Shown here: positions 42,323 to 52,493 of the stretch, piece by piece
Layout of the letters: each line of letters opens with the position of its first letter
Numbering within the stretch: the first letter of the stretch is position 1
From: Treponemataceae bacterium
GTDB lineage: Bacteria > Spirochaetota > Spirochaetia > Treponematales > Rectinemataceae
Direction: 5' to 3'
Assembly (NCBI GenBank): GCA_963677895.2
Contig: CAXXGJ010000018.1
Span: forward strand, 192,001-256,000
Length of the DNA stretch: 64,000 nt
Notes under the pieces: model-generated
Told to the model about the DNA's origin: nothing
Database searches by the model: none
What the model saw: the letters and a program-made list of their open reading frames with translations, nothing else
Program-made: the position numbers and the translations under genes

Positions 42323-43810
42323 GTGAATAGGCATATTCTGGAAATGCAAAACATCACGAAGACGTTCCCTGGCGTGAAGGCGCTGGACAGAGTATCCTTT
42401 TCGGTTATGCCAGGCGAAGTTCACGCGTTGGTAGGGGAAAACGGGGCGGGGAAATCGACGCTCATGAAGATTCTGAACGGGGTGCTCGAGCCCGATTCCG
42501 GCACGATTCTCGTCGATGGCGCGCAAGTAGCCTTCAAACAGACCAAACAGGCGCAGGCTTGCGGTATCAGCTTGATCTACCAAGAATTCAACCTCGTCAA
42601 TACGTTGAGCGTCGCCGAAAATATCTATCTTGGATTTTTGCGGACCGGAAAAACCGGAATGGTGGACTGGAAAAATGTCCGCCAGGAAGCGTCCAACTTG
42701 ATCAAACATCTGGGATTCGATTTCAACGTAAAGGAAAAGGTCCAGAATCTCAGCGTCGCGGAGAAGCAGCTCGTGGAAATCGCGAAAGCTCTATCCGTGA
42801 ATGCGCGTATTATCGCTATGGATGAGCCCACTTCATCGCTCACGAAAAATGAAATCGAAAAACTGTTCGCGATCATCAGGAATCTCAAAGCGAGCGGAAT
42901 CACGGTCATCTATATTTCCCACAAACTCGATGAGATTTTTGCCATATGCGATAGCGTTACGGTGCTGCGCGATGGGCACATCATAGATACAAAGCCGATA
43001 CGCGAGACAAACAGCGCTGAGATCATTTCGAAGATGGTCGGCAGGCCGGTGGAGATGAGTTATCCCAAGCGCTCATCCGCCGTTCGGCCTGAGGTGACGC
43101 TTGAGGCTCGGGATCTCGCCTGCGCCGGTTTTGTCCAGAATATTTCCTTTTCGTTACACAGGGGCGAGATTCTGGGCATAGCAGGTCTCGTGGGTTCGGG
43201 CCGGACGGAACTCGTGGAAGCCATATTCGGGGCGCGCCGTCTTCACGCGGGTGAAGTGTTCGTCCATGGAAAAAAAGCGAAGATCAGGAACACTTCCGAC
43301 GGCAAGAGTTATTCCATCGGTCTCGTGACGGAGGACCGCAAGGAAACCGGACTCGCGCTGAACTACAGTCTCACCGACAATATCGTCATCACGAATCTCC
43401 GGAGAGTAGTCAAGAACCTGCTCGTCAGCAAGAAGCTCACGCAGCTTAGCGTAAGCCGCTACATCGACGAATTGGGCATAAAGACGCCTTCCGCCAAACA
43501 AGCGGTAATGAATCTTTCCGGCGGAAATCAGCAGAAAGCCGTACTGGCGAAATGGTTGTTTTCAGATGTGGAAATACTCATTATGGACGAGCCCACTCGC
43601 GGTATCGATGTAGGCGCAAAATATGAAATCTATCTGCTGATGAATTCACTGGTCGAGCAGGGGAAATCGATCATAATGATTTCTTCGGAGCTTCCCGAGG
43701 TGATCGGAATGAGCGACAGGATCCTCGTGATCAACGAGGGCAGAAAAAAAGGCGAACTGCATGGCGCCCAGATGACTCCCGAAGCCGTTATGAGCATGGC
43801 GCTACAATGA
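42323..43810 (+). CDS. Sugar ABC transporter ATPase (tandem NBD, RbsA-like)
   Basis: GENGAGKSTL, MDEPTSSL, GLVGSGRTE, LSGGNQQK, DEPTRGIDVGAK. Confidence 0.93.
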   Translation: MNRHILEMQNITKTFPGVKALDRVSFSVMPGEVHALVGENGAGKSTLMKILNGVLEPDSGTILVDGAQVAFKQTKQAQACGISLIYQEFNLVNTLSVAENIYLGFLRTGKTGMVDWKNVRQEASNLIKHLGFDFNVKEKVQNLSVAEKQLVEIAKALSVNARIIAMDEPTSSLTKNEIEKLFAIIRNLKASGITVIYISHKLDEIFAICDSVTVLRDGHIIDTKPIRETNSAEIISKMVGRPVEMSYPKRSSAVRPEVTLEARDLACAGFVQNISFSLHRGEILGIAGLVGSGRTELVEAIFGARRLHAGEVFVHGKKAKIRNTSDGKSYSIGLVTEDRKETGLALNYSLTDNIVITNLRRVVKNLLVSKKLTQLSVSRYIDELGIKTPSAKQAVMNLSGGNQQKAVLAKWLFSDVEILIMDEPTRGIDVGAKYEIYLLMNSLVEQGKSIIMISSELPEVIGMSDRILVINEGRKKGELHGAQMTPEAVMSMALQ

Positions 43811-43829
43811 GATATTGAGGAAAACAACG

Positions 43830-44834
43830 ATGTCAAAAAGACTTGAAATTCGATATCTCAGAAATAAATTCGTCAAGGTTCTTAAAAGCCAGGGAGTCCT
43901 GATCGGGCTCGTGCTCATCATTATAATCGCGTCGATCACAGAACGCTCTTTTATGACCGCTAGCAACATTCTCAACATTCTGCGGCAGGCTTCCGCGATT
44001 GGGATCCTGTCGCTTGGGGTAACTTTCGTCATGATGACCGGCGGCATGGATTTGTCGGTAGGCGCGATCGTATCCCTCTGTTCCCTGGTAGCCGTGAGCA
44101 TAATGAACGGATACGGTCAGACCGATGGGGCCGATGGCGTCGCGTTGATAGCGATCCTTGCGGTCATGGTGCTCGGCTTCCTGATAGGCATGGCCAATGG
44201 ATCGCTCATCGTTCTGTTCGATGGCAGGCTCGGGGAGACGTTCATCATCACCTATGGGATGCAGATAGTCATCGCCTCGCTGGCGCTTTTATATACGGGC
44301 GGGCAATTCATAGCGGGCACCTTCGGAACGGGGCTTTACCAAAAAGTGAGCGAGGGATTCACCCCCATTATCTGTTTTCTCGCTTTGGCCGCGATAATGC
44401 ATGTGATCCTGGCCTATACGCGTTTCGGAAAACAAATGAGCTTCATCGGCGCCAATATCGACTGCGCCCGCATGTCCGGCATAAAAGTGGGGAAGCTGAG
44501 AATGATTACCTATGGGATCGGAGGCATGTGCGCCGGTCTCGCTTCAATAATCGTGACATCGCGAGTCTATTCCGCGTCTCCATTACAGGGGAGCGGGTAT
44601 GAGCTCGACGCCATAGCCGCGGTCGTCGTAGGCGGAACCAGCCAGACGGGCGGAACGGGCGGAATAATAAACACGATTCTGGGAGTGCTTGTGCTCAGTG
44701 TGCTGAGTAACGCGCTCAACGTTATCGGCGTGAACGCCAACGCCCAGCTTCTCGTCCGCGGCGCGATAATCATTGTCGCGGTAGGGCTCGATATGCTGAA
44801 CAAAAATTCCGCGACGAGGGAGTCGGCTACATGA
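43830..44834 (+). CDS. Sugar ABC transporter permease
   Basis: GGMDLSVG, YELDAIAAVVVGGT. Confidence 0.9.
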   Translation: MSKRLEIRYLRNKFVKVLKSQGVLIGLVLIIIIASITERSFMTASNILNILRQASAIGILSLGVTFVMMTGGMDLSVGAIVSLCSLVAVSIMNGYGQTDGADGVALIAILAVMVLGFLIGMANGSLIVLFDGRLGETFIITYGMQIVIASLALLYTGGQFIAGTFGTGLYQKVSEGFTPIICFLALAAIMHVILAYTRFGKQMSFIGANIDCARMSGIKVGKLRMITYGIGGMCAGLASIIVTSRVYSASPLQGSGYELDAIAAVVVGGTSQTGGTGGIINTILGVLVLSVLSNALNVIGVNANAQLLVRGAIIIVAVGLDMLNKNSATRESAT

Positions 44835-45799
44835 AGAAAAATTCGACGATCAAGGCACGCCCTCTTGAAATAGTCCTGGATCAGACGGTTCTGTTCCTTT
44901 TATTCGGCTTCGTTATCTTTATGGCCTTCGTCAAGCCGTCGTTCCTCGCGTGGTGGAATATACAGAGCATCCTGATAGATGTATCCATTTACGGCGTCGT
45001 CGCATGCGGAATGACCATTCTGATCATTGGCGGGGATTTTGACTTAAGCGCGTCATCGCAATACATGTGGGCGCAGATATTGTTCGTCACGCTGCTCAAC
45101 GCCACGAATAATCCTTTCATCTCCATCGCGCTGACGCTTTTGTCCGGCTGCATCCTGGGGACGATAAACGGCTTGATCATCACTCGGTTCCACATCAACT
45201 CATTCATCACAACCTTGGGCACGATGACTATGATACGGGGGCTATGTCTCGTATTCACGAATGGCAAGATGGTGAGTACGCTGAATCCTTTCATAAAGAG
45301 ATTGGGTTCGGCTGAATTCCTGGGCTTGTCTTCCCTGTTCTACATCTATCTGTCCGTCCTGATAATCATCTCGCTCATGCTGGCCTACACGAACTTCGGG
45401 AGGAGATTCTATTCGACCGGGGGGAATTTGGAAGTGGCGCGTCTCGCTGGCATAAATACCGCGTTTCAGAAGACCGCCGGTTTCTCCATCATGGGAATCC
45501 TATGCAGCATCGGCGGCATCATGCTCGTGGCTCAGCTTCGCGCGGGCTCGACGCAGTACGGAACGGATTTGGCGCTTACCTGCGTGGCGGCCACCGTCAT
45601 CGGGGGGACGCAACTTTCCGGCGGAGCGGGCAGCGCCCTGCGCACAGCGCTTGGAATGCTTGTCATTGTGGTTCTGTACAAGGCACTAATATATCTGGGG
45701 CTACAGGCGTACTACCAGAATCTGGTGAAGGGCCTTGTGCTCATCCTGGTCGTGATGTTCGATCTGTTCATGACAAGACGCCGCGCGATCAGGCACTAG
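44831..45799 (+). CDS. Sugar ABC transporter permease
   Basis: GDFDLS, FITTLGT, GGN.EVARLAGI, AATVIGGT. Confidence 0.9.
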   Translation: MKKNSTIKARPLEIVLDQTVLFLLFGFVIFMAFVKPSFLAWWNIQSILIDVSIYGVVACGMTILIIGGDFDLSASSQYMWAQILFVTLLNATNNPFISIALTLLSGCILGTINGLIITRFHINSFITTLGTMTMIRGLCLVFTNGKMVSTLNPFIKRLGSAEFLGLSSLFYIYLSVLIIISLMLAYTNFGRRFYSTGGNLEVARLAGINTAFQKTAGFSIMGILCSIGGIMLVAQLRAGSTQYGTDLALTCVAATVIGGTQLSGGAGSALRTALGMLVIVVLYKALIYLGLQAYYQNLVKGLVLILVVMFDLFMTRRRAIRH

Positions 45800-45808
45800 G
45801 AACGGCAT

Positions 45809-47290
45809 ATGAAAATCGTCGTAGGTTCCCTGCAGCAGGAATCAAACACCTTGACCTCGAGGATGAGCGACCGGGAAGATTTCACCATATATAGAGGCGA
45901 TATGATGCTGTCGCACATCGCCGTGACGGACTACTTTTCCTCCCGGGGAGCCGATCTTGTCCCGACCCTCTACGCCAACGCGGTGCCCGGAGGATGGCTT
46001 CGGGAAGCGGATTTTCGCGAGCTCGCCGATGAAATGCTCTCTATGATTCCGGAAGCCGGCATAGATGGCATATGGCTGTATCTTCACGGCGCCATGGAAG
46101 TGGAGAATATCGGAAGCGGCGAGGCGGCCCTCCTGCGGATGATCCGTGGAAAAATCGGGTTCGGAACGCCGATTGCGCTCGCCCTTGATTTTCACGCCAA
46201 CAACACCTTTGAGTTGATGAAGTTAGTGAATACCGTCTCCGGCTATCGTACCGCCCCGCACCGTGATATGAGAGAAACCGAGCTGAGGGCGGCGGAGCTG
46301 CTGATGCGCTGCATTGAAAAACGTATCCTGCCCGAACCGCAAATGGCCAGGACCGATGTCGTGGTCCCCGGCGACTGCGTGCTGACCGATGAATATCCCT
46401 TGCGTAAAATCATGGAGACCGCGGCGGATCTGGAAAAAATTCCTGGAATGCTGGCATGTAACGTGTTCAATGGCCAGCCATGGGTAGATGCGCCGAACAT
46501 GGGGCCATCGATGGTCTGCATACATGAGCGGGATGCGGATATAGCCAAATCCGCGGCGGAGAAGTTGGCACGGATGTTTTACGATTCGCGCCGCGACTTC
46601 AAGTTTTCCATCGAAGCGCGCGAGCCCGGGGAGGCCCTCGATCTGGCTTTCGCGCAACGCGTGCGGCCCGTTTTCGTCACGGACAGCGGCGACAACACGA
46701 CGGCTGGCTCATCAGGCGACAATGCGTATTTGCTCGCCTTGGCCAAGGAAAAGAGCATGAAAGGGGTGCTACTCGGGGGGCTGACGGATGAGCCCGCCTT
46801 AAAACGTTGCGGAAAGGCGAAGGTCGGCGATCTTCTTGAGCTTGACCTAGGCGGAACTATCGAAGCGACAAGCGCGAGGGTCCACGTCAGCGCGCAACTT
46901 CTCTACAAGGGCGATATCGAGGGATGGTACGGCGAAAACGCGGGTCCATGCGCCGTGCTGCGCTCCGGCGGCATCGACATAATCGTGACGGCAAAACGTT
47001 GCGCGCTCACGAAGCCGAGAATTTTCGAAGGCCTCAACCTGAGGCTCGAAGCGTATAGATTCGTCATAGTCAAACTGGGATACCTATACCCCGAGCTTGC
47101 GAAGGTGGCGAAGGTAACGATTCTCGCCTTCACGAAAGGCGGAAGCACGGAGCGATTGCAGGATATGGGAATGACGCGCATTCGCAGGCCGATGTTCCCA
47201 TTGGATGACGATTTCTTGCCCGAATTAAACTCGACCAATGGCGTCGTCTGCGCTACCACAGGCAGCGACCTTTCATCGGCAATAGATTGA
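45809..47290 (+). CDS. MlrC/M81-family metallo-hydrolase
   Basis: QQESNT, LHGAM, LDFHAN, YRTAPHRD, DSGDNTTAG. Confidence 0.88.
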   Translation: MKIVVGSLQQESNTLTSRMSDREDFTIYRGDMMLSHIAVTDYFSSRGADLVPTLYANAVPGGWLREADFRELADEMLSMIPEAGIDGIWLYLHGAMEVENIGSGEAALLRMIRGKIGFGTPIALALDFHANNTFELMKLVNTVSGYRTAPHRDMRETELRAAELLMRCIEKRILPEPQMARTDVVVPGDCVLTDEYPLRKIMETAADLEKIPGMLACNVFNGQPWVDAPNMGPSMVCIHERDADIAKSAAEKLARMFYDSRRDFKFSIEAREPGEALDLAFAQRVRPVFVTDSGDNTTAGSSGDNAYLLALAKEKSMKGVLLGGLTDEPALKRCGKAKVGDLLELDLGGTIEATSARVHVSAQLLYKGDIEGWYGENAGPCAVLRSGGIDIIVTAKRCALTKPRIFEGLNLRLEAYRFVIVKLGYLYPELAKVAKVTILAFTKGGSTERLQDMGMTRIRRPMFPLDDDFLPELNSTNGVVCATTGSDLSSAID

Positions 47291-47313
47291 ATTCGAACAC
47301 CGAGGGCGACTAG

Positions 47314-48318
47314 ATGAAGAAACGCGGATTGGGCCGGACTGGACTAGAGGTGAGCGAATTGTCCCTCGGCGCCGCGTTCGTGGCCCAGAGCGGCAATGGC
47401 TTCGCCGGCGCCGAGAGGATCATACACGAATCGCTGAACGCTGGGATAAATCTTCTGGACACATCGGCCGACTATGGCGACAGCGAACCTGCCGTCGGAG
47501 AGGCGCTCCGGCGCGAAACCAGGCCGGTCATCCTTTCGACGAAGTTGGGTCCCCGGACTAAGGCGTTTGATCCAAAGGATTCACGGGACCTGCGCGATTG
47601 CGTGAAGCGCAGCCTCGACGCTCTCCATCGGGCTACGATCGATATTCTCATGATCCATGAGCCCGATAGACCCGGCGAGATAGACTGGTGGGCCGATCTG
47701 CGCGCCTTTTCAGGTCCAGTCGTCGATATCCTCCTGGAGCTGAAAGCGGAGGGGAAGATAAGGTTTTTAGGTTTGGGGGGAACGACAGCCTATGAAATAG
47801 TACCCATAATCGCCACGGGCCTGTTTGATGTCGTCCTCACCGCGTTCAACTACAGCATGCTCTGGAGAGAGGCCGAGATCGAGCTCATTCCCGAAGCAAA
47901 ACATCAGGGCATGGGGATATTGCTCGGTTCTCCGACCCAGCAGGGGTGGCTCTCGCGCCGCTACGACTCGCAGGTGGCGTCTTCCAATTCGCGATGGCTG
48001 AACAAGCCTCGCCGCGACCAGCTCAAGCTGCTCTATCGGCTCGTCGACGAGACGGAGATACCCTTGCCCGAACTGGCGCTTCGCTGGGCGTTGATGAACC
48101 CCGACGCGGCGAGCGTTCTGACCGGCCCGAGAACGGTCGACCAGCTGAGGCAAAACCTGAAAGCCTGCCAGGATGGTCCCCTGTCATCCGATATAGTCTC
48201 CCGCATCGATGAGGTTGCCGCCCTCGTACCCTTCCGGCCTTATGAGGAGCCGGCTTACTGTCCTTTCAGAAACGCGCAATTCGATATGCTCAAACGTCCC
48301 GGGCCTGTGGTCTATTGA
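47314..48318 (+). CDS. Aldo/keto reductase
   Basis: LGRTGLEVSELSLG, DTSADYG, STK, IHEP, LALRW. Confidence 0.88.
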   Translation: MKKRGLGRTGLEVSELSLGAAFVAQSGNGFAGAERIIHESLNAGINLLDTSADYGDSEPAVGEALRRETRPVILSTKLGPRTKAFDPKDSRDLRDCVKRSLDALHRATIDILMIHEPDRPGEIDWWADLRAFSGPVVDILLELKAEGKIRFLGLGGTTAYEIVPIIATGLFDVVLTAFNYSMLWREAEIELIPEAKHQGMGILLGSPTQQGWLSRRYDSQVASSNSRWLNKPRRDQLKLLYRLVDETEIPLPELALRWALMNPDAASVLTGPRTVDQLRQNLKACQDGPLSSDIVSRIDEVAALVPFRPYEEPAYCPFRNAQFDMLKRPGPVVY

Positions 48319-48662
48319 TCCGCTTATGAGGGCAAAATGCCGTTCTACATCACTCCACTCCCCATTCAGAAGATCAAGATCACGGTAACGGACATCCTGG
48401 AAATAATGCAGGCGAAACTACGCTATCCCAATCTTATAGATGACATTCTTCCCTGCAACAGGAAAGACTTCGATTTGGTGAAGGAAATGTTATTGGATAT
48501 CAACCCTGTTAGCCAAACCGTCGTGAAAAGCTATATGTGCCAATATTTCGAAATAAACCGTATAATTTACAATATATGACACCCGGAAAGCCCATATGAA
48601 GCGACCATCAATTCAAGGATCGAGGTGCTGGGCTTATTATGGCTAGAAAACGAGGAGCTCTC

Positions 48663-49685
48663 ATGATTTGCACTCTGAATCCTTCCATGTTCTCGGAAAA
48701 AGAACATGAGTTTTTAAAGTCTTCATCTTATGCGGCGAGCTTGTTCCGTTTTCGGTCGGGCGTGGAAGCTGTCCGTATCCGATCTGGACGAGGCGAGTTC
48801 GTGTGGCTTCCTTATCTAGGGCAGCAGATCTGGGATTGGAGCGTCGATGGGAAAAGCCAGAAGTTCGAAGGTTTTGTGGCAGAACCCTCTTATGGCAAGA
48901 ATTTTCTCCAGAATTATGGCGGATTCCTGATTCATTGCGGGATGACGGCGATGGGCAATCCTAGCAACGCAGATTCTCATCTGCACCATGGAGAGCTGCC
49001 AGTATCTAAGTTCGATGAAGCGTGGATCGAAGTGGCAAACGACGATGGACGAGAGGTGTTGTCCCTTGGCGGTCGCATTCATTGGCATGTTCCCTTTATC
49101 GCCGAGTATCGCTGCGTTCCAAGCCTGCGCATTTCACCCGATGGGTTGTCGCTGCACGCTGAAGTGCGCCTTGAAAACCCGACGTCCAACGTCATGGATT
49201 ACATGTATCTGGCGCATATCAACTTTTTATTCTCCGGCGCCAAAGAGCTGCTTTCAACAACGCCTTTCGATCAGGCGCATGTAGGCATCAGGAATGAGAT
49301 ATTCCCCGGTCTGTCCGCGAATCCCGGCTTGCTGAAGCGAATAGATCAAGCAGCCAACTATGAACCGGAGTTGGTGGCCATAATGGACGATGGAGATAGA
49401 GAAAAGGACTCAGCCGGGTCAATTATGATCTACGCAGACGGCACCTGCCGCTGGGTGTGCCAGGGAACCTCCGGGCTCGATCATCATGTGCTGTGGATTA
49501 CCCATAACTCGGACCGCGGCGCTTGCGGATTCCAACTTCCTTCGACGGCCGGCTCTACTGGATTCGAGAACGAAAAAGCCATGGGTAATATCAAGCATCT
49601 GATGCCCGGCAGCGGCATCACCCTGCGGTACGCCTGCGGATTCTGCGACAGGCTGGAAGACGCGCATATCGAGGGTGCAAGGTAA
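48663..49685 (+). CDS. DUF4432 / aldose-1-epimerase-like protein
   Basis: LPYLGQQIW, YGGFLIHCG, HHGELP, MYLAHINF. Confidence 0.8.
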   Translation: MICTLNPSMFSEKEHEFLKSSSYAASLFRFRSGVEAVRIRSGRGEFVWLPYLGQQIWDWSVDGKSQKFEGFVAEPSYGKNFLQNYGGFLIHCGMTAMGNPSNADSHLHHGELPVSKFDEAWIEVANDDGREVLSLGGRIHWHVPFIAEYRCVPSLRISPDGLSLHAEVRLENPTSNVMDYMYLAHINFLFSGAKELLSTTPFDQAHVGIRNEIFPGLSANPGLLKRIDQAANYEPELVAIMDDGDREKDSAGSIMIYADGTCRWVCQGTSGLDHHVLWITHNSDRGACGFQLPSTAGSTGFENEKAMGNIKHLMPGSGITLRYACGFCDRLEDAHIEGAR

Positions 49686-49714
49686 ATCTTCACGCCGTGT
49701 GAGAAGAAGGAATA

Positions 49715-49984
49715 ATGAAGGACGATATGGGGAAAACGCAATGGGTCTAGCCTGACCTCAAGTTTCTGCCGTCGGGGGATTCTCCGTTGAAAAGAAATGA
49801 ATTGCTCATTGTTCTCAACATGAATGACACCCATGCTTCGAAAATCCTTTGTATATATTTTACCGATAAGGAACCCATCACACTCGCCCCCGTGAAAGTT
49901 ATAGCTCGCCGAGTCCGTTGTTTCAGGCTCGATACGCGCCAGCAAAATATAGCTTTTTATACCGTCTTGGGATACAGTGGCTGA
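49715..49984 (+). pseudogene. Degenerate second ASRT-family gene
   Basis: ATG 49715 reads MKDDMGKTQWV*PDL...NELLIVLN...IYFTDKEP...V.ARRVRCFRLD with in-frame TAG at 49748-50; similarity to 40805-41170 is lost after RLD. Confidence 0.75.
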
Positions 49985-50005
49985 AAAGCCGCTTTTGTAT
50001 CTCTC

Positions 50006-50521
50006 TCATATCTTAAAGATCAAACCAATGCTCCCGAAGCCGCTTCCCCCGGCATTCACGTTGAAAAACCGCGCGTAGATAACGGAAGAATAGATCGCGA
50101 TATTGGGATTGAAGAAGTAGGATATCCCTCCGCCGTTGCCTATCCCGATGTTGAAGGCGGGATTGAAGCCGAATCCCAGACCCAAGCCATAATAAAAGTC
50201 GAATTTCTTGAGCCAGTAAGGGAGGTCGGCGATGAACCCGAGCCCGAAGTGGGCGGTGGCGAGACCGACGAGCGTGAAGTTGGTTCCGTAGATGAAACCA
50301 ACGCCGCCCCTGGCCGCGAGACCGAAGGTGATCGGGACGGAATCCGCGAGGTCGACGCGCGCGAACACGTATTCGACGCTTCCTCCGATGCCATAGTCCC
50401 ATCCGAAGTTGAAGCCGACAGCGACCGCCACGTCGCCTTTGTCCATATTGACGGGAATCTGGGCAGATACGGCGCCGCCGATCAGAATCGCGAGCACGAG
50501 AACAACGATCATTTTTTTCAT
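50006..50521 (-). CDS. Small putative outer-membrane beta-barrel protein
   Basis: Signal peptide; Gly/aromatic-rich alternating strands; terminal IGLIFKI strand. Confidence 0.55.
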   Translation of the reverse strand: MKKMIVVLVLAILIGGAVSAQIPVNMDKGDVAVAVGFNFGWDYGIGGSVEYVFARVDLADSVPITFGLAARGGVGFIYGTNFTLVGLATAHFGLGFIADLPYWLKKFDFYYGLGLGFGFNPAFNIGIGNGGGISYFFNPNIAIYSSVIYARFFNVNAGGSGFGSIGLIFKI

Positions 50522-50671
50522 TATCGCCTCCTTAGCGGAATTCTCTATATAGTATTGAAAATACGGCTAAAGCGCGGGATTATCTGTTCGGCAGCGCACA
50601 TACGCGATACTCGGGAATTGGCTGGCTATATATTCGCATCGGCATTAAAATTCCGGCATAAGGAGCCAGAC

Positions 50672-51193
50672 ATGAAAGATTGCCTTATCGCTATGGCCAA
50701 ATACAACAGGCAGGCCAATCAGGCCATGTGCGGGATCATGAAGAGCGCGGACAGGGAAAAGATCGCGAAGGACTGCGGGACTTTTTACCATACGGCGATC
50801 GCCGCGTTGGGGCATATCGCGTCGGCCGAGGCTATTTGGTTCAAGCGGTTCGCCACTTTCGGCGCTTACGCATCGCTGGAGAACAGCAAGACAATCGCTC
50901 CGGAAATGGACGCCATAAGAGCCAGGCTCGCCGGCAATGTCGATGAGTCATCCGCGCTGTTGGATGAGTTGGATGCTTTGCTCATCGATTATATCGAAGA
51001 ACTGGGCGACGAAGAGCTGATGAAGACTGTCCGATACAAGAACATGAAAGGCGATGTGTTCGAAAAGCCGAATTATCAGACTATTCTCCATGTCCTGACC
51101 CACAGCGTTCACCATCGCGGAGAGATTTCGGCCATGCTCGATATCCAGGGTATCAAGAACGACTACTCCGGTTTTATCGCCTATACATACTGA
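50672..51193 (+). CDS. DinB/YfiT family protein
   Basis: YN..AN, HI..AE..W, HVLTHSVHHRGEIS; AAGGAG RBS. Confidence 0.88.
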   Translation: MKDCLIAMAKYNRQANQAMCGIMKSADREKIAKDCGTFYHTAIAALGHIASAEAIWFKRFATFGAYASLENSKTIAPEMDAIRARLAGNVDESSALLDELDALLIDYIEELGDEELMKTVRYKNMKGDVFEKPNYQTILHVLTHSVHHRGEISAMLDIQGIKNDYSGFIAYTY

Positions 51194-51201
51194 ATCGGCG
51201 G

Positions 51202-52347
51202 TCAGCGGCCGAAGACGCCGGATACTTCTTTCAACAAGTCGCGAATCGGGAGGTCCTGCGGACACATGGCCTCGCATTGGCCGCAGTCCACGCAGGCTTC
51301 GGGCTTGCCCGTTATCTGGCCATATCCGGTGAACATATGATCTGAGGTATCCCAGATGGCGGCCTTGTTGAGCGCGGCCAGGAGTTCGGGGATCTGCACG
51401 CCCTGGGGACAGGGCTGGCAATATCGGCAGGCGCTGCAGTCGGCTTTCATGCGCGATTTCATCGCGGCGCGGGCGGCTTCGTACACGGCCAGCTGATCGT
51501 GCGTCAATATGTTTTCGGCGGCCGACTCGGCGGTCCTAAGGTTTTCCCTCAGTTGCATGGCGTCGCCCATGCCTGACAGAAGCAGGCTGACTCCCGGTTC
51601 GTTCCATACGTAGCGCAGCCCCCATTCGGCGGGACTCCAGGCTTCGGAGCGCCGGTCGAAGGCTGCCTGCATCTCGGGCGGCAGATTGTTCGCGAGTCTT
51701 CCGCCTTTCAAGGGTTCCATCACCACGATGCCAAGCCCTTTGTCTGCCGCATAACGCAGTCCCGAATGCCCGGCCTGGTAATCCACGTCTATGTAGTTGT
51801 ATTGAATCTGGGCAAAGGACCATCCATCGTATTCATCTATAATCCGGATAAAATCTTCTTTCTTGCCGTGAAATGAAAAGGCCGGGTAACGTATGAGGCC
51901 CCGCTCCCGCGCCTTGTCGAGGAATTCCCTAACGCCGAGATCCTTCATGCGGTTCCACGCGTCTCCATTGAGCGCATGCACGAGGTAAAAATCCAGGCTG
52001 GCAGTCTGAAGCCTTTCGAGCTGCCGCTCGAGGAAGCGGTCCATATCGTCGCGCGTTGCGACGAGTTGCTGCGGCAGCTTGGTGGCGAGATGGACTCGTT
52101 CGCGCCAGCCGTTCTTCAGGGCTCGACCCACGAAAGGCTCGCTGCTTCCCGCCTGTCCCGTGCTCGTCGAGTGATAGAACCATGCCGTATCGATATAGTT
52201 GATGCCCGACTCGATCGCTTCATGTAGCAGTTCGGTCGAGATTTCCTCGTCGATCCTGTCGGGACTGCCCAAGGTGGGGAGGCGCATGCATCCAAAACCA
52301 AGCGCCGAAACGTCGATGCCTGTGCGGCCAAGCCTGCGGTAGTTCAT
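51202..52347 (-). CDS. Aldo/keto reductase with C-terminal 4Fe-4S dicluster
   Basis: LGFGCMRLP, DTAWFYH, ATKLP, MEPLKGG; CSACRYCQPCP and CVDCGQCEAMCPQ. Confidence 0.92.
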   Translation of the reverse strand: MNYRRLGRTGIDVSALGFGCMRLPTLGSPDRIDEEISTELLHEAIESGINYIDTAWFYHSTSTGQAGSSEPFVGRALKNGWRERVHLATKLPQQLVATRDDMDRFLERQLERLQTASLDFYLVHALNGDAWNRMKDLGVREFLDKARERGLIRYPAFSFHGKKEDFIRIIDEYDGWSFAQIQYNYIDVDYQAGHSGLRYAADKGLGIVVMEPLKGGRLANNLPPEMQAAFDRRSEAWSPAEWGLRYVWNEPGVSLLLSGMGDAMQLRENLRTAESAAENILTHDQLAVYEAARAAMKSRMKADCSACRYCQPCPQGVQIPELLAALNKAAIWDTSDHMFTGYGQITGKPEACVDCGQCEAMCPQDLPIRDLLKEVSGVFGR

Positions 52348-52493
52348 CAAATGACTCCTGTCAATCCGCGCTCCCGTCATTCCGGAAGGCGAATCCGTGA
52401 CATCCTATCAGGCAGGACCGGTGGAAGTACAGGGAGAAAACGTCGCGTTCGCGTTTGACGAGAGGAAGATCCGCCCGCAGAGATGAGTATGCC

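Noticed and set aside
45809..47290. Microcystin degradation cluster
   Set aside because: MlrC-family membership alone is not specific; no mlrA/B/D-like genes are adjacent and the context is sugar transport
49748..49750. Amber codon as possible pyrrolysine/readthrough site
   Set aside because: The gene is also C-terminally truncated and diverged, and no pyl genes are in the window; pseudogenisation is simpler
50249..50671. Upstream extension of the DinB ORF
   Set aside because: Overlaps the opposite-strand gene; the RBS supports ATG 50672
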